A stretch of 64,000 bases of DNA from Trichodelitschia bisporula. Taxonomy: Eukaryota. Below, in pieces: positions 63,401 to 64,000 of this stretch. Below the pieces are notes generated by a model, which was given only the letters and a program-made list of their open reading frames with translations, did not search any database and was not told the origin of the DNA. The position numbers were made by a program, and so were the translations under genes. The first letter of the stretch is position 1. Each line of letters begins with the position of its first letter. Location of the stretch: positions 762,691 through 826,690 of the forward strand of contig ML996689.1 in the NCBI GenBank assembly GCA_010356995.1, in the 5' to 3' direction.

Positions 63401-64000
63401 GTGTTGGATCCATTCGAGGCCGTTGCCGGGGAGGCTCGAGGTTTGACGGGCGGCGCGATTCGTCACGTTTGCGTTTGCGGTGTTCAGAGTTTGGCCGCTG
63501 CTTGTGGTCTGAGCCTGCACGCGCCGTTGAGCTCGAGATATCAACGGAGTCTCGGCGGGGTTGCGACGCAAGTCCGCTCTGCGTTGAGTGACTCTTCACC
63601 CGACCATTTCCATTTCCGTTTTTCAGAGAGTGTCCGTTGTCCCGTCTCTCCGCGCCGTTGCTCTTCCGTTCCTTTCGCTCAGCCGCATCTCCGTTGATGC
63701 TTGAGGTTCGACTGGGAGCGTTGCTCCGAGAGGGCTCCGACTTTGTACGCACTGATGGACTTGACGCCGGACCACCGCGGTCGATGCGCTCATGCCTCAT
63801 GATGCGCTTCTTCTCTGTCGTCTTGGGAGGCGCATGGTCGGAAAGGATGTCGGTCTCCGCATCCGACTCCTGGCCATGAGTACTAGCGGCGTCGCCATTC
63901 GCGCCATGTGCAGAAGAGAGAATCGACTCCTTCGCTTCACTTGGCGACGGAGACTTTGATGTCGAGTGGGTATCGGAGCGTCGCTCTGAAGGGCTTCGAG
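60477..64000 (-). CDS. Large ankyrin-repeat and coiled-coil protein, Hos4-like (Set3 HDAC complex); 5' end lies outside the window
   Basis: Ankyrin repeats (GSTPLARAC, GFTPLQKAALEG, GDTPLIDAVEN, ETPLLAAIGRGH) and an E/R-rich coil. The frame stays open to the window edge. Confidence 0.8.
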   Translation of the reverse strand, partial: RSPSERRSDTHSTSKSPSPSEAKESILSSAHGANGDAASTHGQESDAETDILSDHAPPKTTEKKRIMRHERIDRGGPASSPSVRTKSEPSRSNAPSRTSSINGDAAERKERKSNGAERRDNGHSLKNGNGNGRVKSHSTQSGLASQPRRDSVDISSSTARAGSDHKQRPNSEHRKRKRDESRRPSNLEPPRQRPRMDPTPKSASSAHGKERIRSPSSPVTPAVRSHKRSASAQSNLLPPPNSASHKKRRETPTISANDQRPSWPTDSSSESSSPRYPQLLSLQPTRSSHRASIASPARSTMPSRRADRYGSTPLARACEKGDMAAVQKAYEQVPEELDQADNGGFTPLQKAALEGYLNIVEFLLSKGCRKDCQSKDEGDTPLIDAVENRHVEVVKALLNSGVNPHHQNKNGKRAIDAIDFEKPGAEEIEAMLQKAMRDYVDTEDDDEPAENNPQTVSPEDKTRPDLLYLEPSIENLVNYSRKGDTVAVAHFLSSIPPNNECAVVAARGGHIDVLNLLLASGTSLEKDPDPMQHEETPLLAAIGRGHIKVIKLLLEQDNFNPTRKTRDGKTYFELSEQIRGPKWQVERELLRKHYDAYTNRKPKTKRKRSSEGSQAVAAPAHKLTERPSDRAQSPKPRKNLTSKNSSSNVDPSRRKNRPVLESSDSEEDMVRPKKSARRRSSVNSKEGQAPTKVRRMSSVKKSSSVAGASVEPPSPLKTSPDGPVSRESAGKASKPARETSDSVSKKRRKTDHHPNPLQELKVRRDRAAEADRKADDARSAESTRKAAARKIREEERRKREEAERKAREEEQHKAAEEKRKAHEEQERVAAEEERRRKAEEEAQRLEAERLERERVEEERIEQERLEKIRQECERKEREEREKREREEQLLKQLLDGLPPILARSVEYGARNRDNIDISLAINFLPLFTVELWNIDPKCDPARAKEKWILSFFVVGLLNLPDLTLNRFPAWEKRVATLTERKAFLKLYDVSYLTWGQDMPNPFEKEYSWAAAVAANKRTQDQILAMEPLYWVRLEDFRNEFTRVCEVGKIQQELQTVNVKIVTSESHIPKSLDDVFANALGGDGAKDERDPVVEMKVLATETETSAGGAGLAATTTRDVSADVTKDVKPDVEMKDTVQAADADKVKSAEDVVNNAAGDALEAKVEDSKDVVLKG

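Overview
GC-rich filamentous ascomycete (Pezizomycotina, probably Dothideomycete-like) nuclear DNA with short GT-AG introns of mostly 44-60 nt. Supported protein genes are Ku80, a Gid4/Vid24-domain protein, a conserved hypothetical protein, TPT1, a GH3 beta-glucosidase, MED10, a PXA/Nexin_C protein, a CENP-B-type HTH protein, RBG1, cysteine dioxygenase, a GT90/CAP10 glycosyltransferase and a Hos4-like ankyrin protein that runs off the window end. The most unusual part is the ~7.9 kb between the glucosidase and MED10 (28.6-36.5 kb). It holds (i) a non-coding, 7-intron minus-strand host gene with intronic box C/D snoRNAs, one matching the U6 Am47 guide (mgU6-47/SNORD7 type) and the others related and locally duplicated with no target I could assign; (ii) a lone, intact copia-type gag-like ORF without pol or LTRs; and (iii) two tandem arrays flanking that ORF, with ~270 bp and ~507 bp periods, whose stems show compensatory base changes. 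Splicing oddities include a 29-nt intron and a GC-AG intron in Ku80 and a 2.8-kb intron in the PXA gene. No gene is supported in 1-6.5 kb, 16-21 kb or 45.5-51.4 kb. All calls were made by eye; no searches were run.
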